Source of the DNA: Ascidiella aspersa
Lineage: Eukaryota
NCBI GenBank assembly: GCA_963924565.1
Contig: OZ004614.1
Coordinates: forward strand, 7,626,001-7,690,000
Reading direction: 5' to 3'
DNA length: 64,000 bases
Position 1 is the stretch's first letter. The number at the start of each line of letters is the position of its first letter. The notes beneath the pieces were generated by a model. That model was not told the origin of the DNA. It worked only from the letters and a program-made list of their open reading frames with translations, and did not search any database. Below, piece by piece: positions 52,701 to 61,954 of this stretch. Position numbers and translations under genes: made by a program.

Positions 52701-55700
52701 TTTGCCTCCCAAGCTGTCATTGAATGAGATAGATGAGACAATCAATTTAGAATAAGCTTACAAAATATTCTACACTGCATTTGAGTCCTTCAACCCAGTT
52801 TAAAAATACTTATGTAGAGCTAACCTATTTCGCCCCCATACACAGGCATCACGGTGCTTCTCGCCTTGGTCGTCTTCCTACAACTTGTCGCCGACAACCT
52901 GCCTCCGACTGACGTCATACCTTTGCTCGGTAGGGTGCTCCGCTGTGATTGTTCGCTCACGAATGGGCGGGGCCGGATAAAAATTTGGGCGAAAACCGCA
53001 CAAATGAGGTTTACGCTGGCGGTAGTGAGCGTTTTTTTTTATCCGGGCCTGTACCTTTCCGAGGCTTTTAGTCCTGGTAAATGGCTGTCTTTAATTTCGG
53101 GGAATGCTGCATGTTCCATAGTCTTGGTGTTTATTAACAAATTAACTTAATGTGGCTTCTGTGGTGTTGTGTTCTTTTGAAATTTTGTTTTTGTTTTTCT
53201 GTTTGCATTGAAAACCATATGTATTCTGGGCAAGTGAAACAGTTACAATAAGAAACAAGCATTTAAACCTCGCCGTTTGTCAGTCAAAAATCCAGGTATT
53301 CATTTCGATGAAAGCAAAGTTATTGAGTAAGCATAAATGTAACATAAAAATATCATACCAATTTGTTACAAACTTCTTGTCATTTTTGTTCTTAAGTCAC
53401 TGCTTTTTAAAAAATTATTAGTCTTTTAGGCAAAATGGGTAACTAAAGTCTATCAGACAAAAGACTTGACCTGGACTTAAGTCATTAGGACAAACGACCT
53501 GACAAAGTTGGGTCTTTTCATTCAATTAGTGGTAAAATTTGGTTAGTTTTACTTCAGTATCTGCTCGTAAAACTATTTGCTCTCTATACAGGTGTTTCGT
53601 TTCTGTTATTTGTGAATCAAAACTTTCTGTTTGGTAAATTATCATTTTATTTTGATGCAAATGAATTGTCTTGCTATGGACTAGAACTTGACTTACCATT
53701 TTGATACAAATGACCTGACTTGAACTAAACTTAATTTGCAAATGACCTGACTAGGACTAAACTTAATTTGCAAATGACCTAACTAGGACTAAACTTAATT
53801 TGCAAATGACCTGACTAGGACTAAACTTAATTTGCAAATGACCTGACTAGGACTAAACTTAATTTGCAAATGACCTGACTAGGACTAAACTTAATTTACA
53901 AATGACCCGACTAGGACTCGAGAGTCATTTCAAAATGACTTGGTTACAACGCTGGAAGGTAGCACTTAAGGCGTGGCCTTTGGAGTACCGGCATGTAGTC
54001 AGTCGCCCAACTGTCTTCCGAGCATACAACCCTTGAAACCGGTCACAGTTTCAACACAGAAGCACTGGTAACCTGTGTACATCGTCTTTCCTCCGAACAG
54101 GTATAACCCTCGTGCTGGCGATCGTTGTCTTTATGGGTCCCGTTGTTGAAGTGATACCCCATTCCACTGTGGAGTCCCTCGTCTGTAAGCAAACGAGTGT
54201 AACGGGGTTTTCTGCTAACCGCAGCTGATATCTGGCTTTAATCAGTGATTTTTGCCGGGTCGAGATGCCTTGGTACGTTTTAACAGAACAGTCGGTTGCG
54301 ACGCCGTACTTCGAAAGCTTGTGTTTGAAATACTGACACACTGACATCGCAGACTTGTCGTATTTTTAGTGTTGCAACAACATGCTAGGTTTGGCTTTCA
54401 AGGACTATCAAAGCCGTTGCAGAAACTGGTCAATTTGTGCAAACGTTTCGAATATATTATTCACGAACGTTAGACGATTTACTTCGAACGTTTACACAAT
54501 ATTAACTTATTTGTGTATACTGCTGTGAATGTTCCTTCTATATATTAAACTTTCTTACTAAAATAAACTAAAATTAACAAAGCTAGGATGAATCTCGGTA
54601 TATTTTGGTTCGTTAGACATTCTTGTGATATGAGGTGATGATAGTAATAAACCTTAAATGTCATTTAGTTTTAAATAACTGCTTTTCCCTACTATCCACC
54701 AGTAATAGCATTTACACTATATGTCGCTATATTACCAACAAGCGTTATACTGTAAAAAATAAACTGCCTATTGATCAATATAAAGAGCGTTGTTTTAAAC
54801 TAACCTTAGAACCAAAGCATTTCAAAACAACCCAGGCACTGTATATTTTAGATGCAACCTTAAAATCAGCCAAGTTGCAATTGCCTTATTTAAACCCAGA
54901 TTGAAAGTATACTGAAGTCTAAAAATAACCTCAAATATAACCAGAAATATTTGTTTGTATAAAAAAATATATCATTTCTGCTTTGTGATTTACTAACAAT
55001 TGTCCAAAATCTAACTCGTTGTTAACAGACAGTTTTATTTAGTTTATTCACATTAACTGAAGATGATAGAAGCTCTTATCGAAACGTGTTAACCAAGATT
55101 ATTTTGATCTACTCGACCTTTTTGGCTTTGCAATTTATTATCAAGCTACATTACAGATCGTGAATAGTGTACCCAAGTTTTATTTACCATTGGGGGTATC
55201 GTATGTTGCATGTTGCGTTGCATGGTGTTGCCATTTTATTTGAAAAAAAAAATGTCGTCTTGACGGTCTTCTGCATGCGTTGTACACACGGAGTGTGTAT
55301 GAAATCTCTTTTTTCTGCCCATTAATCGAATTGCGTTGGCGTCCAGGCAAGTACTTCGCGTGCAGCATAGTCATGGTGACGTCATCGGTCATATGCACGG
55401 TGATTTCCCTTAACTTTCACCACACGACGTCGGCGACCACCAACGAGATGCCTGCATCGGTAAGTGACGCTTGGCGGGGCGTTTGTTTAAAGAAGTGGGG
55501 TTATCTTAATTCTTAACTGTTACGGCGAAACGCCGCATCCGTATATTGTGAAACAAAGTTAATTGCAGAAAATCTTACTCGGTCGTGTCTATTCTAATAA
55601 CAAGTGCTTTGCAACCAAGTAAATCGTTTTATTGCACATAACTGAGTTATTCCTGTTAATGACGTTTAGTTAACCGTAATTCTCATGTAGGTTCTCATAC

Positions 55701-58700
55701 AGTAATTCTATAATTCTATTGGTAATTTTTACATATTCTACGAGCCATATCATTGAAAGAACAACAACAGGTCTACCTGTGCGCGAAAAGGCACTCGGAA
55801 CAGATAATAAGCGAAAAGATATACATTGGAATAGTTTAAGATGTTAGAAAATGTTCAAAGAATGTGCATCTCTTTAACCAGTTAAAAAATAAATTTATTT
55901 TGAACGCAAAGTTTTAGGCTGGATTTATTACAGTATTTTAGTTTTTTTAGGCTTTATAAATTTTAATCATTTGTCAACACGTGTGATTGAAATCCACCAA
56001 ACACGTGTGATTGAAAATCCATTCAATTTATGCGTAGAAACAATAAATGAATCACGAAGGCTTCTGATCGGACTTTGATATTAATTCTAAGTAGTCTGAA
56101 GAAAATGCTAAATAAATTACTCATGTAAACAGTGTGAAAAACAATTTAAGGGTTAAAAAATGCATTGCGCTTTGCAAATTAAATTATTCTTGTCAACAAC
56201 CTTCAATTTTTTTTTCAAAGAAACAGGATTGCAGCGCGGAAACAAATCGCTTTTTCCCCAATTTGACTACAGCGTTTTTTTGACATAACACCGAAAACGA
56301 GCTTTTCATAGGCGATCAAGTTCGTCCGAATACTATTTTATGTTACGTGTAGATTCGTCTGATCTTTCTCGAATGGCTTCCAAAGTTGCTCCGTATGAAG
56401 AGGCCAGGGGAGAACAGCTTTAGACGAAAGTTCCTGGACGGAACCGAGCCGGAACTTCTGGCTGGAAATGGGGCAGAAACACCCCTGATCAGGGCACGTA
56501 TATCAAATGTCTGCTATATTGTTTACCGACACAGAAATGTTTAATATCCAAAACTTTGCTTACAATTTACACTTTGGACCACAATGGTAAGAGGTTTTAG
56601 TTAGACGAAGTAGAAATATCAAAGTCCATAAAGAATTATAGGTAACTTTTTTAACGTTTCGAATATGTCTTTATTCAGTTTCGACTTCAACATCTAAATT
56701 TAGTTTTGGCAAATTTAAATTTAGATTTTGGATTGCTGCTAAATTGAGCAGGAGGCATTGCTGTAAACGTCTGGGGGTAATTTTTTTTTTATAAAAATGT
56801 AAGTCGCCTGTAGTTAACGATTTGCCATGTTGTGAAAAGTGATAAGTCGTTTGAGTTACTTATCATCTCGGCATAGAATTAAATCGAGTTTATTGTGTGC
56901 ATTACTTTGACTTTCTTTTCGAATTTCACAGATCGGCGATCGGCTGGCTAACAAAGGAAACGACTGCACCACAAATCTGTGCGACGCTAACCAGTAAGTT
57001 CAAATTAAAGCACACCAACACACCTTAAAATATGAGGTTGTCTAAAATAGTTTAGCACATGGCGTTACTTAAAACAGTTGGCACTTAGTTACAGTTGCAC
57101 TACTGGCATGAAATCAAGGTGAAGGATGTAGCCTAATGGTTTGGGATTTTTATTTTGATGGGCCAAGGGTAAAAAATATAAAATGAATAATAAAAACTTG
57201 GGCACAACACCTTTCTATGTAGTTATCGAATTAAATATTTTGCTGTGCTGTTTAACCTCGGGACATTGGTTGTTTCATAAAGGTTCCAGGTGCGCCGAAG
57301 GCAAAAAAAAGATCAAATTCTCAAAAATAAAACCTATTTTTATTATTTACTTTCTCCTTTGCCTTAGCTCATTGAGCATACTACAGCACTTTCAAGATAA
57401 TGCAATCATGAGACCGTACAAAAAACTTTCAATAAATAAATAAATAAAAACTTGCAATAAACGTAATTTATTTGCTAACTGTTTTGGCTTAGGTCATTAT
57501 ACAATACAGTCATGATAAAGTTACCATGAGACCCACGTAAGAAAAAACTTGCAAGAAATTAAAGGTGAATACTGGTATACAGAACATATTTTCTGCTTGC
57601 TCTATATCAGGGGTTCTTAACCTTTTTTGTATGTTTCACCCTCTGAACAAAAATGAATATCAAATTTACCCCCAATATATAAAGTGGTGCTCATTTATTA
57701 AAAAAACGAAAGTAACAAATTACATCAGTTATAGTCAGTGTGACGGCTTCCTTTGCTTTTTGGCAACGAGTTAAATTGCAATATCTGGGAAATTAGTGAT
57801 AATGCACAACGAATTTAAGATTTAACATGAAGTCGGTTTCGTGCTTTATATTTAATAGTTAGTAATGCAGAGAAGCCGCTTCGCAAAAGTTAGTTAAAGA
57901 AAATGGAACAAAAAATATACATATCCTTGGATTTACCCCCTAGAACGAGTAAATTTACCCCCTGGGATAAATTTACCCCAGGTTAAGAAAGCTGCTCTAT
58001 ATAGTTGCGTCCTGAGGTAAATGGGTAACGAAACACCGCACTATCGTATAATATCTAAATCTCAAACATCAACAACCATTTTCGCAATAAAAACTGATGT
58101 TTTTATTTTGGCATCACGTCTCTCAAACTGGCGTCAAAAAATAGTTCTAACAAATAAAACTCGAAATACAGTTGCTCACAAGGGAATGGCGGGCGGCTTA
58201 ACATGTCTTTAAAATCACATGTGTTTATATCAGGAATGGGCAACCTACGGCTCGCGGGACAGATTTGGCCCGCCAACGCAAATCATGCAGTCCGCGGCCT
58301 ATTTAACAAACTGGGCACGAGGCCATTCCTGATATTTATTTGGCTGTTTTAACTACCGGTACCTAAAATCTTTTTTTCCGCTTTGCAAATCTTGTTCCTC
58401 CATCGGGTGTAAATTACAATTTACAAAATATACTATAGTTTTAACCCTGATTAACAGTCGTTGCGGTTGTTATAACAAGATGCGTAAAGTATACACATTT
58501 AAATTAAACCAACCCGAAGTGACCTCTCTAAGTTTGGTTTCGGCCCGCGACTAGAAAAAATGTTGCCCACCCCTGGTTTATACTGTAATGTGGTTGATCA
58601 GGGAAATGAACAAGATCCTTGAGGGGCTGACTTTCATCACCCAGCGAATGCACAATGACGATGAAGATGAAAAGAGCGCCCTCGAGTGGAGATTTGCCGC

Positions 58701-60436
58701 CACAGTCTTGGACAGGTGAGGCAATCCGCTCGGGCCGTTTAGGGTGCTTATTATTGCACTAAGAATAATTTGATGAATAAAAACAGCCTGCTGTGAGTGA
58801 AGTGTTAAACGCAGGGCTGCGGAGTCGGGTGAAATTACCCCGAGTCCGACTCCAGCCAAAAAAATAAACCCGAATCCGAGTCCCAAGTCCGACTCCAGTC
58901 AAACGTGCGCTATTTCGTCGAGTCCCGAGTCCGGTTCTGACTCTACAAACTGTATTCCGTACTAAATTCGGTATATTCAACAACCCATTTAAAAAGAGGT
59001 GTAATACAACTCATCTACTCGCAATACATGGTGTGAAAATATCCACCATATGCTATTACGCCTTGTACAATTTACAGTTGGCGGTCATATCAGTTTCAAA
59101 ATTTAGTACTGCGCGTGCTCACGTCTAAATTTCTTTGGTAGTTTTACGTGGTCTCACTCGAGTCCCGAGTCCAACTCCGACTCCACAGCCGTGGTTATAC
59201 GCATTGTATATATATTTTCGCAAGGTTGTAAGTTCATTGCCCTGACGAAGATTGCCTCAACAGATCATCCAAACGTTGGCACATTTGGGAAAAAATATTT
59301 GTCGGACAAACAATACAATGCCTGGCAACAATAACAGTATAATCACTCGTTTAAGTTATAAGCATTAAATGCGTTTTTGATAAAAATAAATGTAACATAC
59401 TTTCTCATGTTTGTACAACTGCGATAAATGAGTCGTAAAACTTAGCACCAAAGATGCCTGAAGCCAGATTGGTATACTAGTTTTTGTCCTAAGCCTATTT
59501 AACAGGAAATATCAACAGTGAAAAAACCCGTATAAAATATTGGCCTTAGAGTTGACGCTTTCTCGAGATACATCTGGTTGTTTTGGAGCAGTGGTTCTCA
59601 AACTTTTTTGCTTGCGACACACTAAAAATTCTGAAACATTTTACGGCACACTTTTAACAGAACAACAATAGAGTCATTTTACAATCGCCCTTAAAACACG
59701 ACAAACTATATGTAGGCCTATATGTATCAATATTAATAATTTGTAATGGATAGTGCGTAGTTAAGTCTTAAATGCTTGCGTGTATGCCCATTGGAAATAC
59801 AAATAACTTATTTTTCTAAATTACAAAAAGTTTCGCGGCAAACTTAACAATCTCTCGAGGCACACTATTGTGCCGCGGCAGACAGTTTGGGAATCACTGC
59901 TTTGGAGTATTGCGTTCGAATCTTGTTCCCAGTTGGAATTGCTTTGAAACATACGCTATCGACAAAACCACGGTTGCATTCATTAAAGCTTTCTCAACAT
60001 ATGAAGTCCGGAACTTCATTAGTGAAAATTACACGTGTTACCGATGCCTTTCAAATATTTGTCAACAAGTTCTACCTGTGTTGTAAACAAGTCATTTTTT
60101 TCTTTATTTTTACCCCAGTCATTCGTCCACAAGACTTAAATCAAGTCAATTCATTTGTTCAAAAGACTTAAGGCAACTCAAGCCATTTTCCTCAAAAGAA
60201 TTAAGTCAAGTCATTTGAAAACAGTGAGTTAAGTTAAATCATTGACTTAAGTCATTACAACACTGGATCTTACCTGTTCAAAATATTCTAACCCTAAAAT
60301 AAAATACGTGTAAGACTAACGGATCGAGAACTGCAATCCCAGGTTCTGCGTCTGGTTCTTCGTCATCTACTTCGTGGTGTCTACCATGTTCACACTTGGA
60401 CTCGCCCCGGGAATCCTACTGCCCTACCAGAGCTAG
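31708..60436 (+). CDS. CHRNA7: Nicotinic acetylcholine receptor alpha subunit, alpha7-like (about 472 aa, 13 coding exons)
   Basis: join(31708..31771,44463..44602,45360..45404,46144..46253,48793..48973,49965..50040,50806..51000,52846..52929,55347..55459,56353..56493,56932..56993,58602..58715,60343..60436) = 1419 nt in frame. Contains a signal peptide, Cys-loop [15 protein letters not shown], vicinal YECC (alpha subunit), M1-M4 and LPADSGE. Exon sizes 140/45/110/195 match vertebrate alpha7. Exact orthology is not provable by eye. Confidence 0.9.
32339..32584. mobile_element. hAT MITE family B, copy 1
   Basis: CAGTGCTTCTTA...TAAGAAACACTG; TSD GTGTACAG/GTATACAG; homologous to 44758 and 63714. 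Confidence 0.85.
32593..33230 (+). mobile_element. Decayed hAT (Buster/Charlie-like) element
   Basis: TIR-like CATGGGTTCTCAAACTGGGG directly after the previous TSD. Traces of hAT dimerisation-domain-like peptides (LSYATTW, LRLAI). Boundaries uncertain. Confidence 0.35.
33500..33800 (-). mobile_element. Possible decayed L2/Crack-like LINE fragment
   Basis: Frameshifted peptides loosely resemble the Y...L.YC...W...IR.I...HTNP.. pattern; weak. Confidence 0.25.
37719..38035. mobile_element. hAT MITE
   Basis: Perfect TIR CAGGGGTTCTTAAAC; perfect TSD GTTTATTG. Confidence 0.9.
39010..39240 (+). mobile_element. Possible decayed LINE (CR1/Jockey-like) ORF2 3' fragment
   Basis: AMYSSLI..PHLK..IRR and IPTLS..KRKLLFL loosely resemble the post-RT region of CR1-group LINEs. 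Confidence 0.3.
40912..41151. mobile_element. hAT MITE
   Basis: CAGTGGTTC...GAACCACTG; perfect TSD CTTTAGAC. Confidence 0.88.
41937..42207. mobile_element. hAT MITE (diverged)
   Basis: CAGGGTTTCTTAACC...GGTTTAAAACCTCTG; subterminal GGGGTGCG. Confidence 0.65.
43503..43717. mobile_element. PIF/Harbinger-type MITE
   Basis: Perfect TIR of more than 20 bp, AGGCTGGTTCACACTAGACGCG; TTA TSD on both sides; central palindrome AAGTTGAAATATTTCAACTT. Confidence 0.88.
43801..43995 (+). mobile_element. tRNA-derived SINE-like element / pseudo-tRNA
   Basis: A box TAGCTCAGTTGG and B box GTTCGAACC in a tRNA-like fold (43844-43919) with an aberrant anticodon arm. Flanked by the 15-bp direct repeat TAAAACTGAACTATA. 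Confidence 0.7.
44463..44602 (+). CDS. CHRNA7: nAChR exon 2
   Basis: [24 protein letters not shown]...[13 protein letters not shown]; 140 nt, AG/GT bounded. Confidence 0.92.
44758..45085. mobile_element. hAT MITE family B, copy 2 (right end truncated)
   Basis: High identity to 32339-32540. Confidence 0.75.
45360..45404 (+). CDS. CHRNA7: nAChR exon 3 (loop D)
   Basis: [15 protein letters not shown]; 45 nt; CAG| and |GTAAGT boundaries. Confidence 0.92.
46144..46253 (+). CDS. CHRNA7: nAChR exon 4 (loop A)
   Basis: [36 protein letters not shown]; 110 nt. Confidence 0.93.
48793..48973 (+). CDS. CHRNA7: nAChR exon 5 (loop E, Cys-loop, loop B)
   Basis: AVDTFD...[38 protein letters not shown]; donor |GTGAGT. 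Confidence 0.95.
49320..49701. repeat. CCGATAC-motif MITE remnant (related copies at about 47020-47360 and 47410-47610)
   Basis: Shared blocks CGAAATAGATAAAA, GGCCAAAAGTT and CCGATAC, and a GATATCCCTA-like end. Confidence 0.55.
49965..50040 (+). CDS. CHRNA7: nAChR exon 6 (loop F)
   Basis: [25 protein letters not shown]; TTTTAG| and |GTAAGC boundaries. Confidence 0.9.
50502..50674. repeat. Imperfect palindrome (MITE-like) in nAChR intron 6
   Basis: Nested pairs GGCAAATATTCTTTAGACTT/AAGTCTAAAGAATGTTTGCT, TAGTCAAAGT/ACTTTGACTA and TAGTCCGCA/TGCGGACTA. Confidence 0.65.
50806..51000 (+). CDS. CHRNA7: nAChR exon 7 (loop C, M1, start of M2)
   Basis: [22 protein letters not shown]...[15 protein letters not shown]...[12 protein letters not shown]; 195 nt. 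Confidence 0.95.
51116..51599. mobile_element. hAT MITE with GACTT subterminal repeats
   Basis: TSD GGTATTAT/GGTATTAC; many GACTT units. Related fragments near 30985-31130, 53390-53955, 60085-60265 and 62400-62700. Confidence 0.8.
52846..52929 (+). CDS. CHRNA7: nAChR exon 8a (M2 and M2-M3 loop)
   Basis: [28 protein letters not shown]; 84 nt, phase 1-1. Confidence 0.92.
53707..53918. repeat. 32-bp tandem repeat, about 6.6 copies, inside a GACTT-family MITE
   Basis: CAAATGACCTGACTAGGACTAAACTTAATTTG at 53707, 53739, 53771, 53803, 53835, 53867 and partially at 53899. Confidence 0.95.
54101..54184 (+). CDS. CHRNA7: nAChR alternative exon 8b (duplicated M2 exon, probably mutually exclusive with 8a)
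   Basis: CTTTCCTCCGAACAG| and |GTAAGC boundaries; 84 nt, phase 1-1, no stop. [28 protein letters not shown] aligns without gaps to exon 8a. Confidence 0.75.
54680..55175 (+). mobile_element. Decayed Penelope-like 3' fragment (GIY-YIG remnant plus pLTR with hammerhead)
   Basis: TSNSIYTIC...DQ..ERCFK resembles GIY-YIG N-terminal motifs (weak, frameshifted). It is followed by the hammerhead and the terminus shared with the 21304 element. Confidence 0.45.
55052..55093 (+). ncRNA. Minimal hammerhead motif, intact core boxes but GUG triplet
   Basis: TTAA-CTGAAGA-T-GATAG-AAGCTC-TTATC-GAAA-CGTG-TTAA. Confidence 0.65.
55347..55459 (+). CDS. CHRNA7: nAChR exon 9 (M3)
   Basis: [25 protein letters not shown]...EMPAS; donor |GTAAGT. 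Confidence 0.93.
56353..56493 (+). CDS. CHRNA7: nAChR exon 10 (MX helix, intracellular loop)
   Basis: [19 protein letters not shown]...; the 3' boundary is inferred from a GC donor, AGG|GCACGT. Confidence 0.8.
56932..56993 (+). CDS. CHRNA7: nAChR exon 11 (intracellular loop)
   Basis: TTTCACAG| [20 protein letters not shown] |GTAAGT; its phase-2 end fits exon 12. Confidence 0.65.
57608..57994. mobile_element. hAT MITE
   Basis: CAGGGGTTCTTAACC...GGTTAAGAAAGCTG; perfect TSD CTCTATAT. Confidence 0.85.
58231..58575. mobile_element. hAT MITE
   Basis: CAGGAATGGGCAAC...GTTGCCCACCCCTG; TSD GTTTATAT/GTTTATAC. Confidence 0.82.
58602..58715 (+). CDS. CHRNA7: nAChR exon 12 (MA helix)
   Basis: [38 protein letters not shown]; donor |GTGAGG. 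Confidence 0.9.
58812..59193. mobile_element. hAT MITE with GAGTC/GACTC repeats
   Basis: CAGGGCTGCGGAGTCGG...CCGACTCCACAGCCGTG; TSD GTTAAACG/GTTATACG. Confidence 0.8.
59238..59281 (+). ncRNA. Minimal hammerhead motif, degenerate (CAAA for GAAA)
   Basis: TGCC-CTGACGA-A-GAT...ATC-CAAA-CGTT-GGCA. Confidence 0.5.
59589..59899. mobile_element. hAT MITE family A, copy 3
   Basis: TIRs as above; TSD TTTTGGAG/CTTTGGAG. Confidence 0.85.
60343..60436 (+). CDS. CHRNA7: nAChR exon 13 (M4, stop)
   Basis: [30 protein letters not shown]; TAG at 60434-60436. Confidence 0.9.
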
Positions 60437-61954
60437 GAGGGTCGACGCACGCCCGAACACACGGACAACGGGCACTCAGTCACAGATACACCGGAAGACG
60501 CCGCCGACTGTTTGCCAGTTGTTTTCAATCCATTCCAACCGTCCCTATTCGAACCCTAACCCCCTACCCCCTTATTTTGAATCCGAAAACCCTTTGGTCG
60601 CCGGTCTTGCTTTGTTCGCGCTTGTACATAGAGTTACTGTTGTAGTTGTTGTGTTTTTGCGGGTCTCGCGTTTTCGTTTGCCAGAGTTTCACGTGCTTTT
60701 CTACGCCGTAGTGCCTTTTCCCGTAACACGCGACATTTTTTTGCATGTCATCGTCCTAGCACCGCGCGCCTCTGTACTATAAACTAAGTGCCTTTCAACC
60801 GGACATACGGACTGTTGTTTTTGGTGAGATCATGTGTGACGTAAAGCTCGCCCAGAAATGTACCTGAGCTGATTTATCAGTCGTTTCTAGAAATGCTTTT
60901 TCCATGGCCACCATGTGTCCTCCTTCGAGGCAGGCCATGTTTTTCTTTAACATTTTAGTGAAAACTCTAGCTGTAGGATGTTTTCTTGAACTTATTAGTC
61001 CGCCATTTATTCTGCAACTACACTTTGAAACCCAAAACGTACAAACCGACTAGTTGGCAGCCATGCACATTGTCCTCTGTTTTGGTAAAAGTTCTGGTAT
61101 TTAACGGTGGAAAACAGCCAGGCCTGTAGTGTCGGTTTTACATGATATCCGTACAAAAAAATTAGGGAAGTCCAGTGTCCGGCTCCGACTTTTCAGAACT
61201 GTATAGGGTGGGTGTACCGCAATACATTAATAGGGGTGTCCTACAACTCACCCACCTACAATACGTAGATTGAAAATTTGTCATTCTATACGCTTTTCTA
61301 CCTTTGTATACCTATAATGTGCCGCCTAACTGGTTCCGAACTCGCTACTGCACATATGCAGTGTACACGTCGGACTCGAGATTCTAGTAGTCTTACTACA
61401 GTTCCGAGTCCCGAGTTGAGCTCGGCAACCCTGCGAAGCACCTGGTCCTATGGACATCATTATGTTAGGATAAAAAACAAGCAAGTTTTACAGGTTAACT
61501 AGTATTTGCAATGTCTACCTCGACGCAAAAATTCTGTCAAATTTACGCTTGTAAATGGGTAGGCTTAAAATATTCACACAACGATTTCCTACAATTATTT
61601 CAGAACTTACACCGACATTCATATCATAGTCTGTATCAACATTCAAGGGATTCTCGTTATTAGCAGATATAGGAATAAAGTCTCGTTTTTTAGGCGAATT
61701 TTGTCACTTGTAGCGTTTTCGAAGTGTGCATTAGTTATACATATGTGCCATTTACGAGAATTCAGCTGTATCTTTAAATACGACACATAGACGTGGTAGC
61801 ATGTAATATTAAAAGTTATGTACACCATCAAAGAAGTGGCCACGCATTTACCAGATTTTACTGTTTATAATTTCACTTGAAATCTGGATATGCCAAGACC
61901 CAAGGCTCAGAGAATTACTCAGCCATCACTTTTAAACCGTAGGTACAGGCTTCC

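Noticed and set aside
53591-53632. Possible third M2 exon (ACAG|GTGTTTCG...G|GTAAAT)
   Set aside because: Only about 42 nt, no convincing M2 homology, and lies within MITE-derived sequence.
53707-53918. CRISPR-like array (also 6026-6117)
   Set aside because: Units are contiguous with no unique spacers, and the context is eukaryotic.
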